This document shows, one piece after another, positions 38,120-48,845 of a stretch of DNA of 64,000 bases. The position numbers were made by a program, and so were the translations under genes. The stretch lies in IMG/VR virus record IMGVR_UViG_3300035696_000002; one strand, given 5' to 3'. This DNA is from a virus. Lineage: Duplodnaviria > Heunggongvirae > Uroviricota > Caudoviricetes. The notes beneath the pieces were generated by a model that was not told where the DNA came from, did no database searches, and saw nothing but the letters and a program-made list of their open reading frames with translations. How positions within the stretch are numbered: position 1 is the stretch's first letter; each line of letters begins with the position of its first letter.

Positions 38120-38845
38120 TTACGTCACCGTGATCGTGACCGCCGAAGACGGAGCGAGCAGCACTTGCCCCGGCCCGTAGGTCGTTAAGGTCAGGGTAAT
38201 CGTGGCTGAAAACCCGTTGCCCACCACGTAAACCCCTGAGCCTGTTGTAGATATGAACCCCGTGTCAAAACCAGAAATGCTGCCGGGCGGAGGCGGCGAT
38301 TGGTAATCCACGTGATTGTTTCCTTGAATGCGAACGAAGGCCACGTTGAGGGTGTCCCAGAGGAGGATCACCGACGCAAACGGGGCCACAGTGAGCGGTA
38401 CAGCCGTCAGAGAGGCCTGTGGCGGCAGGCTGGCGTCGCCGGACGAGGTGTAGCTCGCTATCAGGGCGAAGCCCGGCAAGATTCCGCCGCTGGCGGGCAC
38501 CGTGAGAACCTGTTGAGTGAAACCGGGCGGGTAGTTCTGACTGGTCGCGAAGTTGGCATCTCCGCTATAGATCGCAACCATGGTATGAATCCCCGCCGTC
38601 AAGGAGGAGATTTGGAGTTGAGCCTGCCCGGTGAACCCGGTCAGCCCCACGAGAGGAACCGTGCCGATCAGAACCCCGGTGCCGCCGTCGCTCGGCGGGA
38701 CGCCGTCCCAGAACTCGACCGTGCCAGTCGGCCCGCCCGGAAACGAAGACACCCCGGTAACTGTCGCCGTGAAAACGACATTGTCCTCGAAATTCGAGGG
38801 GGCTTCGCTGCTGGTGAACATCAACGATGTGACGATAAGAGGCAT
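38120..38845 (-). CDS. Ig-like (Big_3-type) domain protein
   Basis: VVFTATVT...PTGTVEFWDG...LIGTVPL...SLTAGIHTMVAIYSGDANF. Confidence 0.8.
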   Translation of the reverse strand: MPLIVTSLMFTSSEAPSNFEDNVVFTATVTGVSSFPGGPTGTVEFWDGVPPSDGGTGVLIGTVPLVGLTGFTGQAQLQISSLTAGIHTMVAIYSGDANFATSQNYPPGFTQQVLTVPASGGILPGFALIASYTSSGDASLPPQASLTAVPLTVAPFASVILLWDTLNVAFVRIQGNNHVDYQSPPPPGSISGFDTGFISTTGSGVYVVGNGFSATITLTLTTYGPGQVLLAPSSAVTITVT

Positions 38846-38863
38846 TGTCTGTTAATACCGCCT

Positions 38864-39469
38864 TTAGCTCACGCTTGGAACTCTGACCACATAAAATCCG
38901 GTGCCAGACGATCCGTTTGAAACCAGAATTTTCTGACAATGCACGGTCAGCCTGTCGGTATCCTGCGGGTGCATAGCGATGCGGGGCCGCGTCACAAAAT
39001 GTGTCGGGTCGGTCGCATTTGTGTAAATCGTCTCGCTCGCACGAATCGAAGTGAATCCCGGATCATTGGCGACATACAGAGTATGAATCTGCCCGTTATC
39101 CACGACCATCGTGTAGACAGGCGGGCTACTCTGGGCCACGTAAAAAACATCAAACGTGAGGGCAGCCGTGATCCCAGTCGGAACAGCAGTCAAAGTCCCC
39201 GCCCCGAAATGGAAGTAGGGGATGTAGAAAACTTCCCCGCTCGTGTTTGCGTAGTACAGATTGATTTTGTCTGTGGCTGAGATTGCCGAGGCCCAAATTA
39301 CGTCCTGAGCAATCGCATACGCTACCAGCCCGTTGAAGTTTCGCACACGAAGCTCGCTGGTATCCGAAACGTAGAAGAAAAGCTCCTGCGAAAACAGAAC
39401 GCCGTGAGCTTTGGACTTGAACTCCGAAGACGGATCAATCGTGAAATATGTGTCGATTGGTATGCTCAC
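38864..39469 (-). CDS. Putative virion structural protein
   Basis: 201 aa, beta-rich, within the structural operon. Confidence 0.55.
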   Translation of the reverse strand: MSIPIDTYFTIDPSSEFKSKAHGVLFSQELFFYVSDTSELRVRNFNGLVAYAIAQDVIWASAISATDKINLYYANTSGEVFYIPYFHFGAGTLTAVPTGITAALTFDVFYVAQSSPPVYTMVVDNGQIHTLYVANDPGFTSIRASETIYTNATDPTHFVTRPRIAMHPQDTDRLTVHCQKILVSNGSSGTGFYVVRVPSVS

Positions 39470-39478
39470 GGGGCCTCC

Positions 39479-42400
39479 TTAGACTCGGCGACCCCAGTGA
39501 TACTCGATGCTGAGGTTTGTACCGCTCTGTGTGCTCAATGCACCACTCGGCCCGGCCCCTTGGAACAACAGGAAGCCGTAGAACGGGTGGGCCTTGAAGA
39601 AGCTCACGCCACTCGCGGGAGCGGGCACAGGTTCCATGCTCCACCAGCCCAACACAGCCCAATACTGGTTCGTGTTGAATGTCTGAGTGAACGGAGAGAC
39701 CGGGCCTGTCGGATACGACGGGGAGAATGCCATAGTCGAGCCGCCGTCGAGCGACAATGACATGGCGTCCACGGACATACCGATGCACTGCGGATCGAAC
39801 GAGCCTGCCGCTGGCGTAGCGACGGGTGCGGTGCTGCTTCCGAGACGAGCATTGTTGATGGTGGTCTGGGAACCGTAATCAAACAGATACACCGGGCCGA
39901 AAGCTGCGGTTGAAAACACAGTGCCGCCGCCTGCGTTGAAAGGCGTGGTGCTGTAGTTGTACCCCTGCTGCACAGTAATGCGGAGGTTCGTGATGCCCAC
40001 CTGACGGGCGAACGTGTAAGCGTAGCCCATGTGTGCACGCCAGAGCGGAGTGATTTGTGTGTAAGAGATGCCGCCGTTGGTGCTCACCTCGAACTTGTAG
40101 CCACGCGACATATTCGCGTTTATGAGGTAGTATGGTGCATCCGAAGACTGACCGCCAACCTGAGAACCGAAGTTCATGAAGCACAGGTCAGAGAAGTTAA
40201 ATGTTGACTGACGTGAGCCGCTGTAGAATTGGAGCATACCCAGAGACGGGGTGTTACCGCCGCTGGCTTGCGTAATGCTCAACTGAATCCAGCGGAAGCT
40301 GCCCGGCGTGCTCGCCGTGAAGGCAACGCCGCGTTTGAAGGCGGAGAATCCCGTTTGCGAGTCGATGGTTGTGAACGGCCCGGACGCACTGGTGTTCGAA
40401 CCTTGCAGCACCCACGTTACAGGTGCCCCGGACACAGTGTTGGACGAGTCGTAGAACAGACGGAAGCTGTATCCGCTGATGAGCGTAGCGGCACCCAGAT
40501 CAATCGTGAGCGAGCCAGTGTTGCCCGCGTTCGACTTCCAGAACCGCTGAGCACTGCCTGCGAATGCCTGCCAGTTTGGGAATCCTGCCTGATCGCCGCT
40601 CGATGTGATGTTCGGGCTGGACGCGGTGTACGGTGTGTACACGTTCGTTGTCGGATCGAAGTTGTTTGCCGTGATGACCATCTGCAACGCAGTTGCATCA
40701 TACGGGTAGTTACCAGTGTCCAGCTTCGGCCACGTGACCTGTGTGTTCCACCCGGTAAGAGGCGTTGTCAACGGTGCAGTCTGTGGCGTCGGGTTGATCG
40801 AAGTTGGAGCCGTAAATGCCACGTTGGACTGATCGGTATCCACGAAGTAGAGCCCAACTGCATTTTGCTCTGCCACAGTGCGGGCGTCAGTCTGGAGGAA
40901 CGTCTGTCCAGCAAACATTGACCACGCGAAACGTGACTTACGGGCGAACTTCGTGTTGCCCCAGCACAGATTGAATGTGAAGAATTCGCTGTTGCCGATG
41001 CTGATGTCGTTTGCCGTTCCAGTGTCGGCAGCCGGGCCGTAACCGCCGTTGTAGTACGCAACGGTCGCGGTGAACTGATTAGTTGAAGCCGAGGCCAGAG
41101 TAACCGTCAACCCATTCAAGAAGGTCGCCGTCGTGAGACCGGACAGGGTGACCTTGTCTCCGGGGTTGAAGTTGTTCGTCGTGGTCAACACGGTAAGGGT
41201 GTTGCCAGAGATCGAAACGTTCGTGATCGTCGCCTTGCTACCCTGACTCGTCCAAGTATCACTGCTATTCGGGCCGAACTGTACCTGCAACCCGTAAGGC
41301 AGCGGGACGTTTGTGTTTGCGGACGGGATGGAGATCGGGTTGTTGAAAGCATCGGCGAAATTGTCCGCCATCTTCCACATGACCTCTGCGGTACCGCTGT
41401 TCGCTGTAGGCCCGTAGTTCGGGTAAGTGAGCTTCGCTGCGAACTGTGCACCGCTCAGACCAGCCGAAAGGACGGTCACGGTCATGCCATTCAGGAACGT
41501 GGCATTCGAGACGCCAGAGAATGTCACATGATCGCCCGCACTGAATGTGTTGGTCGCCTGTACGGTGAGGACGTTCCCAGCAATCTGGATGCTGGTGATC
41601 GACGCGGAGTTACCCACCCATTTGTGGTAGGTCGGCAACCATGCAAAACTCTGAGCACACAGACCGTACAGCGAGTTCCCATTTGGCAGATTTTGCGGTG
41701 GGCTCGTGAGGCCGCTGGTGATGCGGATAAAGTGCATGTAGTTGTCCAGCGTCATAACTGGATACGTCCAGTTCTGAGCGGCGTCGTTGCCGATGAAGCG
41801 GCTGCCGAGATCGCCTTCAGTCCAGCAATCCTTACCAAACGAATTGATGGTGACTCCTGCCATGCTGTTGAGATGCATCAACTGAAGTGTGTTCGGGGCT
41901 CCCCACGTGTACCCCGGTGCCGCCTGATAAAGCGGGGAGTCGCCGAACAGCGTGTACGTTTTGTGGACGTAGAACATGGTACGATCAGCGTTTGTCGCAA
42001 AGTCTTTTGCATGCGTGATCGACACTGGCTCATACGCCGGGTTCGAACTGTTGGTAACGAACGTGTCGCTGCCAGTCCAACCGCTGCCGCCGCCGTAGCT
42101 CCAGAGCGTGGAGGCCGGAACTGGTGTCAAGTTGGCATTGGACGTACCAAGGGTCGTTCCGCTGATGTCCAGAACCCACAAGTTGCCAGCCGTCCAGTTG
42201 CCTTGGATGAGCAGCTTGTTCGTTGCCACATCATGCATGAAAGCGTTGGGCATGTAGAACCAGAAATCCTTGAGGTTGTTGAAGCCCGTCTGTCCAGTGT
42301 TGGTGCCGTACTGGATACCCTGCGTCAAAGTGCCGCTCTGGCTAACTGGGCCATAGGTCGAGTTGTACGAAGGAATCGTCGCCGTGATCTGTGATGTTGA

Positions 42401-44806
42401 AGAGGTCAGGACGGTGATGAGTTGACCGTCGAGTTCTGTGTGACCGCCAAGCTGCGTGTTCATGTTAATCATCAACACAGCACCAACCGGGAACTGAGTC
42501 GTCAATGTCGGCGAGAAAGTAATCGTCAGGTTGCTACCAGCCGACTGAATCGTGCTGATGTACGCAGTGTTCGGTGAAGCATCCGGCGTCGTGACGGCGT
42601 CGATTTGAGCGGAGTTCCATGTCGGCCCGGTCGGATCAAGCAAGCCAACCTGCCAACGGATGTTCGGCAGTACGGTCGCTGTCGGCGTCCCGGAGGGGGT
42701 CAGGATATTCGTGACATTCGGGTTCGTGTAGCTGACTTCTTCAACGCAAACAGCCAGACGGCCATCGCGAAGCACAATCAGTTCGTGCAAAGAACGCCCA
42801 TTGTGGCGTGCCTGATTCGGCATGAAGCTCATGGTGCCGAGAGTCTGCCAAGTCTGCGTCCCGATGTTGTAGGAGATGACACCCACACGCGGAGCCACAG
42901 CACCCGTTACCGTCGTAAGACGCGGATCAGGCGACACTGTGCCATAAATGGCATAGAGCGTGGAGCCATCGGCACTCAGTTTCATCGCACCGTAGCACTC
43001 CCAAGTGTGAGCCGGAGTGGGGGCGTTGAAACCGACCAGTGAGATCGCACCGTTAAGCTGGGTGAAATCGTAAATCGCAAGGATGCCATCTTCCGAAAGG
43101 AAGTAAATCTGGTAACCGCCGCATTCACCAGTATCCGGCGTAGAAGCGTAATCCGCATGAGTGAACGAAGCCGTGAATTGCAGCGGTGTGGCTGTCTGCA
43201 CAGTCAAGGTCTGACCGTTCAGGAATGTGGCACTGGTCAAATTCTGGATGTAGATGTTCTGACCATTCTGGTAGTTGTTGTTGGCTGTGATAGTCACGAC
43301 GTTGCTGGTCAGCGAAACGTTCGTGATAATTCCCTGATTGACGCCGGAGACCGCCACGCCAGCGATACGTGGGCGAACAGAGGCAGACCAAGTGTCTGCA
43401 AGATCGAAGAACACCAGCGGCAACATGGAAGACTTGTTCGACCAGATTGAGCATTTCGTATCCGATACGAGACCGTAGTACTCTTCGTTGATCGTGAACG
43501 TAGCTGCCTGACGGATGCGGATGTCAGGATTGAGGCTGGCCACGGCACCGCTCGTAGACTCCGGCGACGATGAGTAGTTTGAAGCCGTCCAGTTCGCCTC
43601 GAATTGCAGGCCAGACAACCCGGTGGACAGGACAGTCAACACCTGTCCGTTGTACTCCGAGTGGTTCTGGAACCCGTTCATGATGACCTGATCCCCGGCT
43701 GCCAGTGTGTTCACGCACACGAATGTCGCGACGTTGCTGGTGACACTCGTCGCAGTAACCGTGAAGTCCTGACCACGCTGCCAGAGGTATTGGGTCTGCA
43801 CATTGACGGGCAGAACTGGTTCTTCTGTGATCCCGTCCTCTTCGTAGCGATACGGGAAGGCATTCCAACCGTTGTCGAACACCTTGGCGAGGTGCATCGT
43901 CAAACCACGACTGTTGAGCTTGCGGACACCAGTGACTTGGAAATACTCCTGTGAGTTGCTGGTGGGAGAACTTGCAGACGCTCCCTTCAATGGATCGGTT
44001 GTGTACGGCCCACCCGAGGCCGGGTTGCCGTTCATGTACGAAGTGGCGACATCATTGCCGCTGTCGATCATGGAGTTGTTGTCGTTGAATCCGGCAGCAC
44101 GCAATGATGGACGCTCTTCAAAGAAGAATTTGGTGTTGCCCGAACCAAGAGTCGAAGAGCCGACCGGGAAATTCGCACAGTACAGGTGGTGATAGACAGG
44201 CGGCATGTACGGCGTGCGGGTGAAGGCTGACGCAGAATTCGTTGCTGTCAAGCTGGCATCAGACAGCGGGTTGCTGGAATCGCGGAACTGCCGGGCAAGA
44301 CCGGAATCCGGGAAAGTCTGATTGACCAACTCAGGCCATGTGTATCCTGTGCCGTGTCCGTACAGCGGTTCATAATCCACAGCGAGGGTGTTGATGTCGA
44401 AAACGTAATCGAACTGCTCACAGCCGCCGACAAAGCTGCCGTAGTAGCCATCACGAGCCACAACCGGGTTCGTCACAGGCGGGATCGTATTGTCAGTGAA
44501 CCACACGCCACGAAGGAAGTATCCACCGTTCGGACGCCACGGGAGCGGGTTGCTCGGCCCAGTGCTCTGGTTGTACCCGTTATCCTGACCATAGGAGCCA
44601 ATGAACGTGTTATTCGAGGACTGGGTGAGGGCGGCATTCTGCCACATACCAAAGATGCGGGTGTAGCGGGCAAGCTGGCCGTTCAGGTTGTCGGGCTGCA
44701 ACGGGTATTCCGACACGTAAGCTCCGGCCTTACGAGTAGCGTCAGAGCCCGAGTTGAACATCATCTTGCCGTTGATGGTGCCGATTTGAAATACGTTAAC
44801 AGCCAT
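39479..44806 (-). CDS. Large adhesin/fibre-like virion protein with five beta repeats and an F5/8-type C (discoidin)-like domain
   Basis: IT.V.I..NVLTV...N.F..G..V...G...ATFLNG...TV repeats; LTIDLG...APVTWVLQGSN...FRWIQLSIT. Confidence 0.75.
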   Translation of the reverse strand: MAVNVFQIGTINGKMMFNSGSDATRKAGAYVSEYPLQPDNLNGQLARYTRIFGMWQNAALTQSSNNTFIGSYGQDNGYNQSTGPSNPLPWRPNGGYFLRGVWFTDNTIPPVTNPVVARDGYYGSFVGGCEQFDYVFDINTLAVDYEPLYGHGTGYTWPELVNQTFPDSGLARQFRDSSNPLSDASLTATNSASAFTRTPYMPPVYHHLYCANFPVGSSTLGSGNTKFFFEERPSLRAAGFNDNNSMIDSGNDVATSYMNGNPASGGPYTTDPLKGASASSPTSNSQEYFQVTGVRKLNSRGLTMHLAKVFDNGWNAFPYRYEEDGITEEPVLPVNVQTQYLWQRGQDFTVTATSVTSNVATFVCVNTLAAGDQVIMNGFQNHSEYNGQVLTVLSTGLSGLQFEANWTASNYSSSPESTSGAVASLNPDIRIRQAATFTINEEYYGLVSDTKCSIWSNKSSMLPLVFFDLADTWSASVRPRIAGVAVSGVNQGIITNVSLTSNVVTITANNNYQNGQNIYIQNLTSATFLNGQTLTVQTATPLQFTASFTHADYASTPDTGECGGYQIYFLSEDGILAIYDFTQLNGAISLVGFNAPTPAHTWECYGAMKLSADGSTLYAIYGTVSPDPRLTTVTGAVAPRVGVISYNIGTQTWQTLGTMSFMPNQARHNGRSLHELIVLRDGRLAVCVEEVSYTNPNVTNILTPSGTPTATVLPNIRWQVGLLDPTGPTWNSAQIDAVTTPDASPNTAYISTIQSAGSNLTITFSPTLTTQFPVGAVLMINMNTQLGGHTELDGQLITVLTSSTSQITATIPSYNSTYGPVSQSGTLTQGIQYGTNTGQTGFNNLKDFWFYMPNAFMHDVATNKLLIQGNWTAGNLWVLDISGTTLGTSNANLTPVPASTLWSYGGGSGWTGSDTFVTNSSNPAYEPVSITHAKDFATNADRTMFYVHKTYTLFGDSPLYQAAPGYTWGAPNTLQLMHLNSMAGVTINSFGKDCWTEGDLGSRFIGNDAAQNWTYPVMTLDNYMHFIRITSGLTSPPQNLPNGNSLYGLCAQSFAWLPTYHKWVGNSASITSIQIAGNVLTVQATNTFSAGDHVTFSGVSNATFLNGMTVTVLSAGLSGAQFAAKLTYPNYGPTANSGTAEVMWKMADNFADAFNNPISIPSANTNVPLPYGLQVQFGPNSSDTWTSQGSKATITNVSISGNTLTVLTTTNNFNPGDKVTLSGLTTATFLNGLTVTLASASTNQFTATVAYYNGGYGPAADTGTANDISIGNSEFFTFNLCWGNTKFARKSRFAWSMFAGQTFLQTDARTVAEQNAVGLYFVDTDQSNVAFTAPTSINPTPQTAPLTTPLTGWNTQVTWPKLDTGNYPYDATALQMVITANNFDPTTNVYTPYTASSPNITSSGDQAGFPNWQAFAGSAQRFWKSNAGNTGSLTIDLGAATLISGYSFRLFYDSSNTVSGAPVTWVLQGSNTSASGPFTTIDSQTGFSAFKRGVAFTASTPGSFRWIQLSITQASGGNTPSLGMLQFYSGSRQSTFNFSDLCFMNFGSQVGGQSSDAPYYLINANMSRGYKFEVSTNGGISYTQITPLWRAHMGYAYTFARQVGITNLRITVQQGYNYSTTPFNAGGGTVFSTAAFGPVYLFDYGSQTTINNARLGSSTAPVATPAAGSFDPQCIGMSVDAMSLSLDGGSTMAFSPSYPTGPVSPFTQTFNTNQYWAVLGWWSMEPVPAPASGVSFFKAHPFYGFLLFQGAGPSGALSTQSGTNLSIEYHWGRRV

Positions 44807-45483
44807 TAGCTTGCCCCCACAATGGACAGGAAGTAGGAAACCTGAAGAATGTCCGGGGTTCCTGCTCCACCATTACGTCCGTGAATGAAAACTGATGTCG
44901 GCAGAACAACAAGTGTCTGCGGAACAAAGATTGTTGGTTGCATGTTCGTGGTCGATCCAGCACCGTACTGCTGGTCAACAATGTCGTTCTCCCATGCAGT
45001 AAGTCCGAGAGCCTTCAACTGCAAACCAAGTCCGGGCAGCCCGCCGCTGGTGCCCCACTGGTAGAACAAACGCCAACGTCCGGCAATACCTGTCGGGTAC
45101 GAAAGCACCGTCGTGTTATCCGGGGCCAAAAATGTCGTCGATGTAGCCAGCTTCCAGTTCGGCTCTGCGGAGGTATCCACGGAATTGTTCACAGAGGTGC
45201 AGTAAGGTGCCCACGGATTCTGTCGGTCAAAAACGCTGCCCTGTGCGGCCCACATTCCGCTAGTCCAGTTTGTCAGCCCGATTGGATCATCGGGCAGAAG
45301 GAAGCAGTATGGTGTGCTTCCGGTGGAAGGCGGGATATAACCGTGCTCATAAATGCGTCCACCAACTTCACCACCAACAACGAAGTCATCCGAAATGGCG
45401 TTCGGGTCTTTCCACTCGTAGACGACTTTTCCGGTTTCCCCGGAGATCACCTTCAATTCGACTTCGTTTTCAAACTTGTACAT
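44806..45483 (-). CDS. Putative virion structural protein
   Basis: 225 aa, TAATG-coupled to the adhesin gene. Confidence 0.55.
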   Translation of the reverse strand: MYKFENEVELKVISGETGKVVYEWKDPNAISDDFVVGGEVGGRIYEHGYIPPSTGSTPYCFLLPDDPIGLTNWTSGMWAAQGSVFDRQNPWAPYCTSVNNSVDTSAEPNWKLATSTTFLAPDNTTVLSYPTGIAGRWRLFYQWGTSGGLPGLGLQLKALGLTAWENDIVDQQYGAGSTTNMQPTIFVPQTLVVLPTSVFIHGRNGGAGTPDILQVSYFLSIVGAS

Positions 45484-45491
45484 GCGTCTCC

Positions 45492-46745
45492 TTACTCCAA
45501 CTGGGCCGTCGCAGACATGCTGCCATAATAGTTACTCGGCCCGGCACCGAACGGAATGTTGATCGGGACTTCTGATACGGCTTCCGCAATAAATTCCTGC
45601 CGCGACTCGACCGTACCGTAAGCCATTGTGCCGATAGGGTGATCGCCGAATCGTCCTATAGTAGAGACGGGAAAACCGATTGTGTCAGATGGCGATTCAA
45701 CCACGAATTCCTGCCGGGGATCGAGGTTGACAAAGGCCATGTCACTCTCAAACTTAAGTGTAAGTGGTTCATTTACTTGGAACTGATAGCTCGGGTGCTC
45801 CACGGTCGAATCCACCGTGACCACGTAGAAGCCGGGGATGCCCTCGGCATGCAAGACCGGGTTGAACGGGGCACTGGGGCTGTACAGGTCGCCCCACGTC
45901 GCCGTGTACTGATACCGGAACGGTGAGGTCGCCAAAGCACTGTCCGTGTACGAGAACGTTGTCGGCACCCAATCCTGAAGCAGAATCCATGGCAGCGTCC
46001 CAATCGCCCGGCGATACAGCCGGAAATAAGCCGTGTAGTTGGGATTCAGAAGGAACGGCACCCAGCTTGGGTCTAACGAGATGGTGACCGAGTACGTGTT
46101 CGTCGTTGCGTCGATGAACAACAGGCCGCGATCAATCAGCGGCGGGTTGAAGTAGTCGTTCACCGATCCATCTGTGTTGCCGCCCTTCAGGTTGAGCGTG
46201 ATGGCATCTGCCATGAACGAGAACTGGGTCGTAAATGACGCCACATGGCCACGATCAACCCAAACGATCTGAGTGTTGCCTGTGCCATCCGTCGTCGTAC
46301 CGCCGCTATCATTCCACGTCGGCATAATCGAGCCGGAGACGCCGCCGTTACCGCCCGGTGCTCCTGTGCCGCCAGCCTGCTGGAGGTGATGAGCCGGATC
46401 AACGATCTGCGATCCTGTCGGATAAAATGTGGTTGGCTGCCACTGATTGCTCGTGTTCGGCCCACCCGAGGATGCGTTGCCAATCGGGTTGACAACGGTC
46501 GGAGGCCACGTGCTGATGTCAACGATGCGGCACGTGAGGTGCGACAGGAAATCAAACGTCAGAATGAACTGGTTCGGCGGATTGTACTGTTGAATGGACG
46601 GACGAGAGCCCGGCCCGACGAAGTACCACACGCCATCGTCAGTCTCCGAAGGAATACCCGGAGTGTGATCGTCGATGGCTTGCGACAATCGAGTGATGTA
46701 AATCTGCCCGTTGATTTCTTTTGACGCACAAAGGTACTGTGACAT
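45492..46745 (-). CDS. Putative virion structural protein
   Basis: 417 aa with WQPTTFY..G..I.D...SGS..PTW....GTTTDG module. Confidence 0.6.
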   Translation of the reverse strand: MSQYLCASKEINGQIYITRLSQAIDDHTPGIPSETDDGVWYFVGPGSRPSIQQYNPPNQFILTFDFLSHLTCRIVDISTWPPTVVNPIGNASSGGPNTSNQWQPTTFYPTGSQIVDPAHHLQQAGGTGAPGGNGGVSGSIMPTWNDSGGTTTDGTGNTQIVWVDRGHVASFTTQFSFMADAITLNLKGGNTDGSVNDYFNPPLIDRGLLFIDATTNTYSVTISLDPSWVPFLLNPNYTAYFRLYRRAIGTLPWILLQDWVPTTFSYTDSALATSPFRYQYTATWGDLYSPSAPFNPVLHAEGIPGFYVVTVDSTVEHPSYQFQVNEPLTLKFESDMAFVNLDPRQEFVVESPSDTIGFPVSTIGRFGDHPIGTMAYGTVESRQEFIAEAVSEVPINIPFGAGPSNYYGSMSATAQLE

Positions 46746-46748
46746 AGT

Positions 46749-47090
46749 TTATCCTGCGTCCATGTCCGGCTCGGTACCAACCTGAATACCGAAGATCGGC
46801 GGGTTCGCGTTGAACTGGAAGGGCGGATCAGGCATGTGATGCGTGACCTGAATCAAACCCTGCAAATCAAATTGAGTAGTCATGAAGACGAGGTACCGAT
46901 TGTTATTCGCATCGAATGACCACGTCTGCACGATCAGTCTTGCCCCGTTGCAGTAGAACTGCAAATCCCTGCTCGGATCAAAATTTCCAAGAGGCCCGTC
47001 CTGCGTGAATGGGCCTTGCAGCGATCCAAGTTGAATCTGGATGCGGTTCGGGTACGGCCCGTTCGTGATAGCTGTGATCGGCAGCGGCAT
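46749..47090 (-). CDS. Hypothetical structural protein
   Basis: 113 aa, tightly tiled in the operon. Confidence 0.55.
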   Translation of the reverse strand: MPLPITAITNGPYPNRIQIQLGSLQGPFTQDGPLGNFDPSRDLQFYCNGARLIVQTWSFDANNNRYLVFMTTQFDLQGLIQVTHHMPDPPFQFNANPPIFGIQVGTEPDMDAG

Positions 47091-48032
47091 TTATTCCTCT
47101 TCCCTCGGCTTATACGGCAGGCCTGTGTGCAAGTGCGGTTCACCCTTCTCATGAGCCTCTTCGATTTTCGCTTGTTCGTCGTTCGTAAGCTCCTCAATCG
47201 CCTCTTCCTCACGCGGCTTACGCGGGGCTGGCCGGGCCGGAGCCGGGGCTGGAGCGGGCTTTGCTTCCGGCGTCACGATAGACGGCGGCTCAGCATTGCG
47301 GCCAACGACAGCGGGCTCGGGTTCTCCATGTTCGCCCTGTTCAAGCTCCTGCTGATGGACTAACTTTTCTTCCTCTTTCTTCCGCAAAGCGTCCAACAGT
47401 TTTTCCTGAACCTTTTGATCCTTGACTTTACGAATCTTCTCGATTTCCTGTTTCTTCCGCAAACGTTCCTGATCCTTCAACAGCCGCTCTGGCGTCTTGT
47501 CCTTCTCGTCCTTCTTTCTCGCCATTTCCCGTTCGCGAAGAATCTTCACGATGTTGTGCTGCACCGAGGGGAGGATTCGCTCGAACACCGCATGAATGTG
47601 TTTGCAAATCACGAAATTCCCACGGAGATCAAGACGCTCAGTTGGAGCCCGCAGTTCGGGCCGGGGCGTGTCAAGCAAGCCGTCACGCTGATGCAGGTTC
47701 CACTGGGCTCCCCAGTACAGGAACGCCGGACACGAGCAGCTAACCTGCACGTCAAGGTCTTTCGCCTGCTTCGTCTCATCCAGCTTCGCGAGATCGAATT
47801 TCACACGCACATCGTGCCCAGCAGGATCGGAATCTTCCTTGTGGCACTTGACGTTGTAGTGGAGGAAAAGCTCTTTGGGACTTGAATCCTGAAGAGTCGG
47901 GGTGCAGCCGGGGCGGTATTTCTTCGAGAAGGCGTTAGTCTGCCTCACCAAGTCCGGCAGCGAAATCGCGGTCTTAGTGGATGGAAAATCCGCCAAGTAC
48001 AGTGGAATTGTAATGAAGACACGCTCGCCCAT
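47091..48032 (-). CDS. SWIM-like zinc-finger protein
   Basis: VQVSCSCPAF.YW...ICKHI; charged coiled-coil tail. Confidence 0.75.
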   Translation of the reverse strand: MGERVFITIPLYLADFPSTKTAISLPDLVRQTNAFSKKYRPGCTPTLQDSSPKELFLHYNVKCHKEDSDPAGHDVRVKFDLAKLDETKQAKDLDVQVSCSCPAFLYWGAQWNLHQRDGLLDTPRPELRAPTERLDLRGNFVICKHIHAVFERILPSVQHNIVKILREREMARKKDEKDKTPERLLKDQERLRKKQEIEKIRKVKDQKVQEKLLDALRKKEEEKLVHQQELEQGEHGEPEPAVVGRNAEPPSIVTPEAKPAPAPAPARPAPRKPREEEAIEELTNDEQAKIEEAHEKGEPHLHTGLPYKPREEE

Positions 48033-48066
48033 GGACGCAAAAAGCCCTCACTGTAGATTTGGGTAG

Positions 48067-48402
48067 TCAGTAGCCTAGCGGGGAGTCGTTGCCTTCACCG
48101 TAAAACACTATGCGAATGGCACTTAGATCGCCGAGGACGTACCCGAGAGACATCAGGTTACGGATCACCCGGACTTTGACGAACTTTCGGAACTCGGACA
48201 CCGTCATATTGTCTTTGAGGTTGTTGCAGTACAGGCAGGCCGGAAGGAGGTTGTCGGCGAAGTTCAGCCCGCCCCGGCTCCGGGGCTTGGCGTGATCGAC
48301 TGTCATGGCCTCAGGATCGGGCACGAAGCCACAATACCAGCAGCGGCCTCCGCATTTCTTTGCAGCGGCCCACCAAGTTGTTTTCCGGGGCGATCTCGGC
48401 AC
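48067..48402 (-). CDS. HNH endonuclease
   Basis: CWYCG...TVDHAKPRSRGG...NLLPACLYCNNLK. Confidence 0.9.
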   Translation of the reverse strand: MPRSPRKTTWWAAAKKCGGRCWYCGFVPDPEAMTVDHAKPRSRGGLNFADNLLPACLYCNNLKDNMTVSEFRKFVKVRVIRNLMSLGYVLGDLSAIRIVFYGEGNDSPLGY

Positions 48403-48845
48403 TAGACAGTTTCATCTTCGATGGCGAGGGCCTTGCGTAGTTGCTCCGGCATTTCGTCCACCGACACTTCCTTAGGTTGAGCCTTACCACGCTTGACGGC
48501 TGGGGTGTACTCCTCAGCGGTGTACCCAGATTTCTTGGGCTCTTCCTTCTTGGGAGCAGGCTTAGGAGCTATTTTAACAGGTTCCGGGGCTTTGACCACT
48601 TCTTTCACAGGCTCGACCTTGGCCGGGGCCGGAGGAGCATCATGAAGCTCCGCGATGAAGTCGTTCATCAGCATTGCTTTGATGCCTAGTACTGTTTGTG
48701 ACAGAGTCTTGACAATTGCACCGCCCCGGTACACAGTCAAGCTGTTGTGGTTTTGGGTGTCGTGTTTCAAAATGTCCCCGACCTTCACGAAGAAGTTGAA
48801 GTCGGCAAAGTTGACGGGGCGTTTTACGACGTATGACTTTTGCAC
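48402..48845 (-). CDS. Hypothetical protein
   Basis: 147 aa with GGAGG RBS. Confidence 0.65.
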   Translation of the reverse strand: MQKSYVVKRPVNFADFNFFVKVGDILKHDTQNHNSLTVYRGGAIVKTLSQTVLGIKAMLMNDFIAELHDAPPAPAKVEPVKEVVKAPEPVKIAPKPAPKKEEPKKSGYTAEEYTPAVKRGKAQPKEVSVDEMPEQLRKALAIEDETV

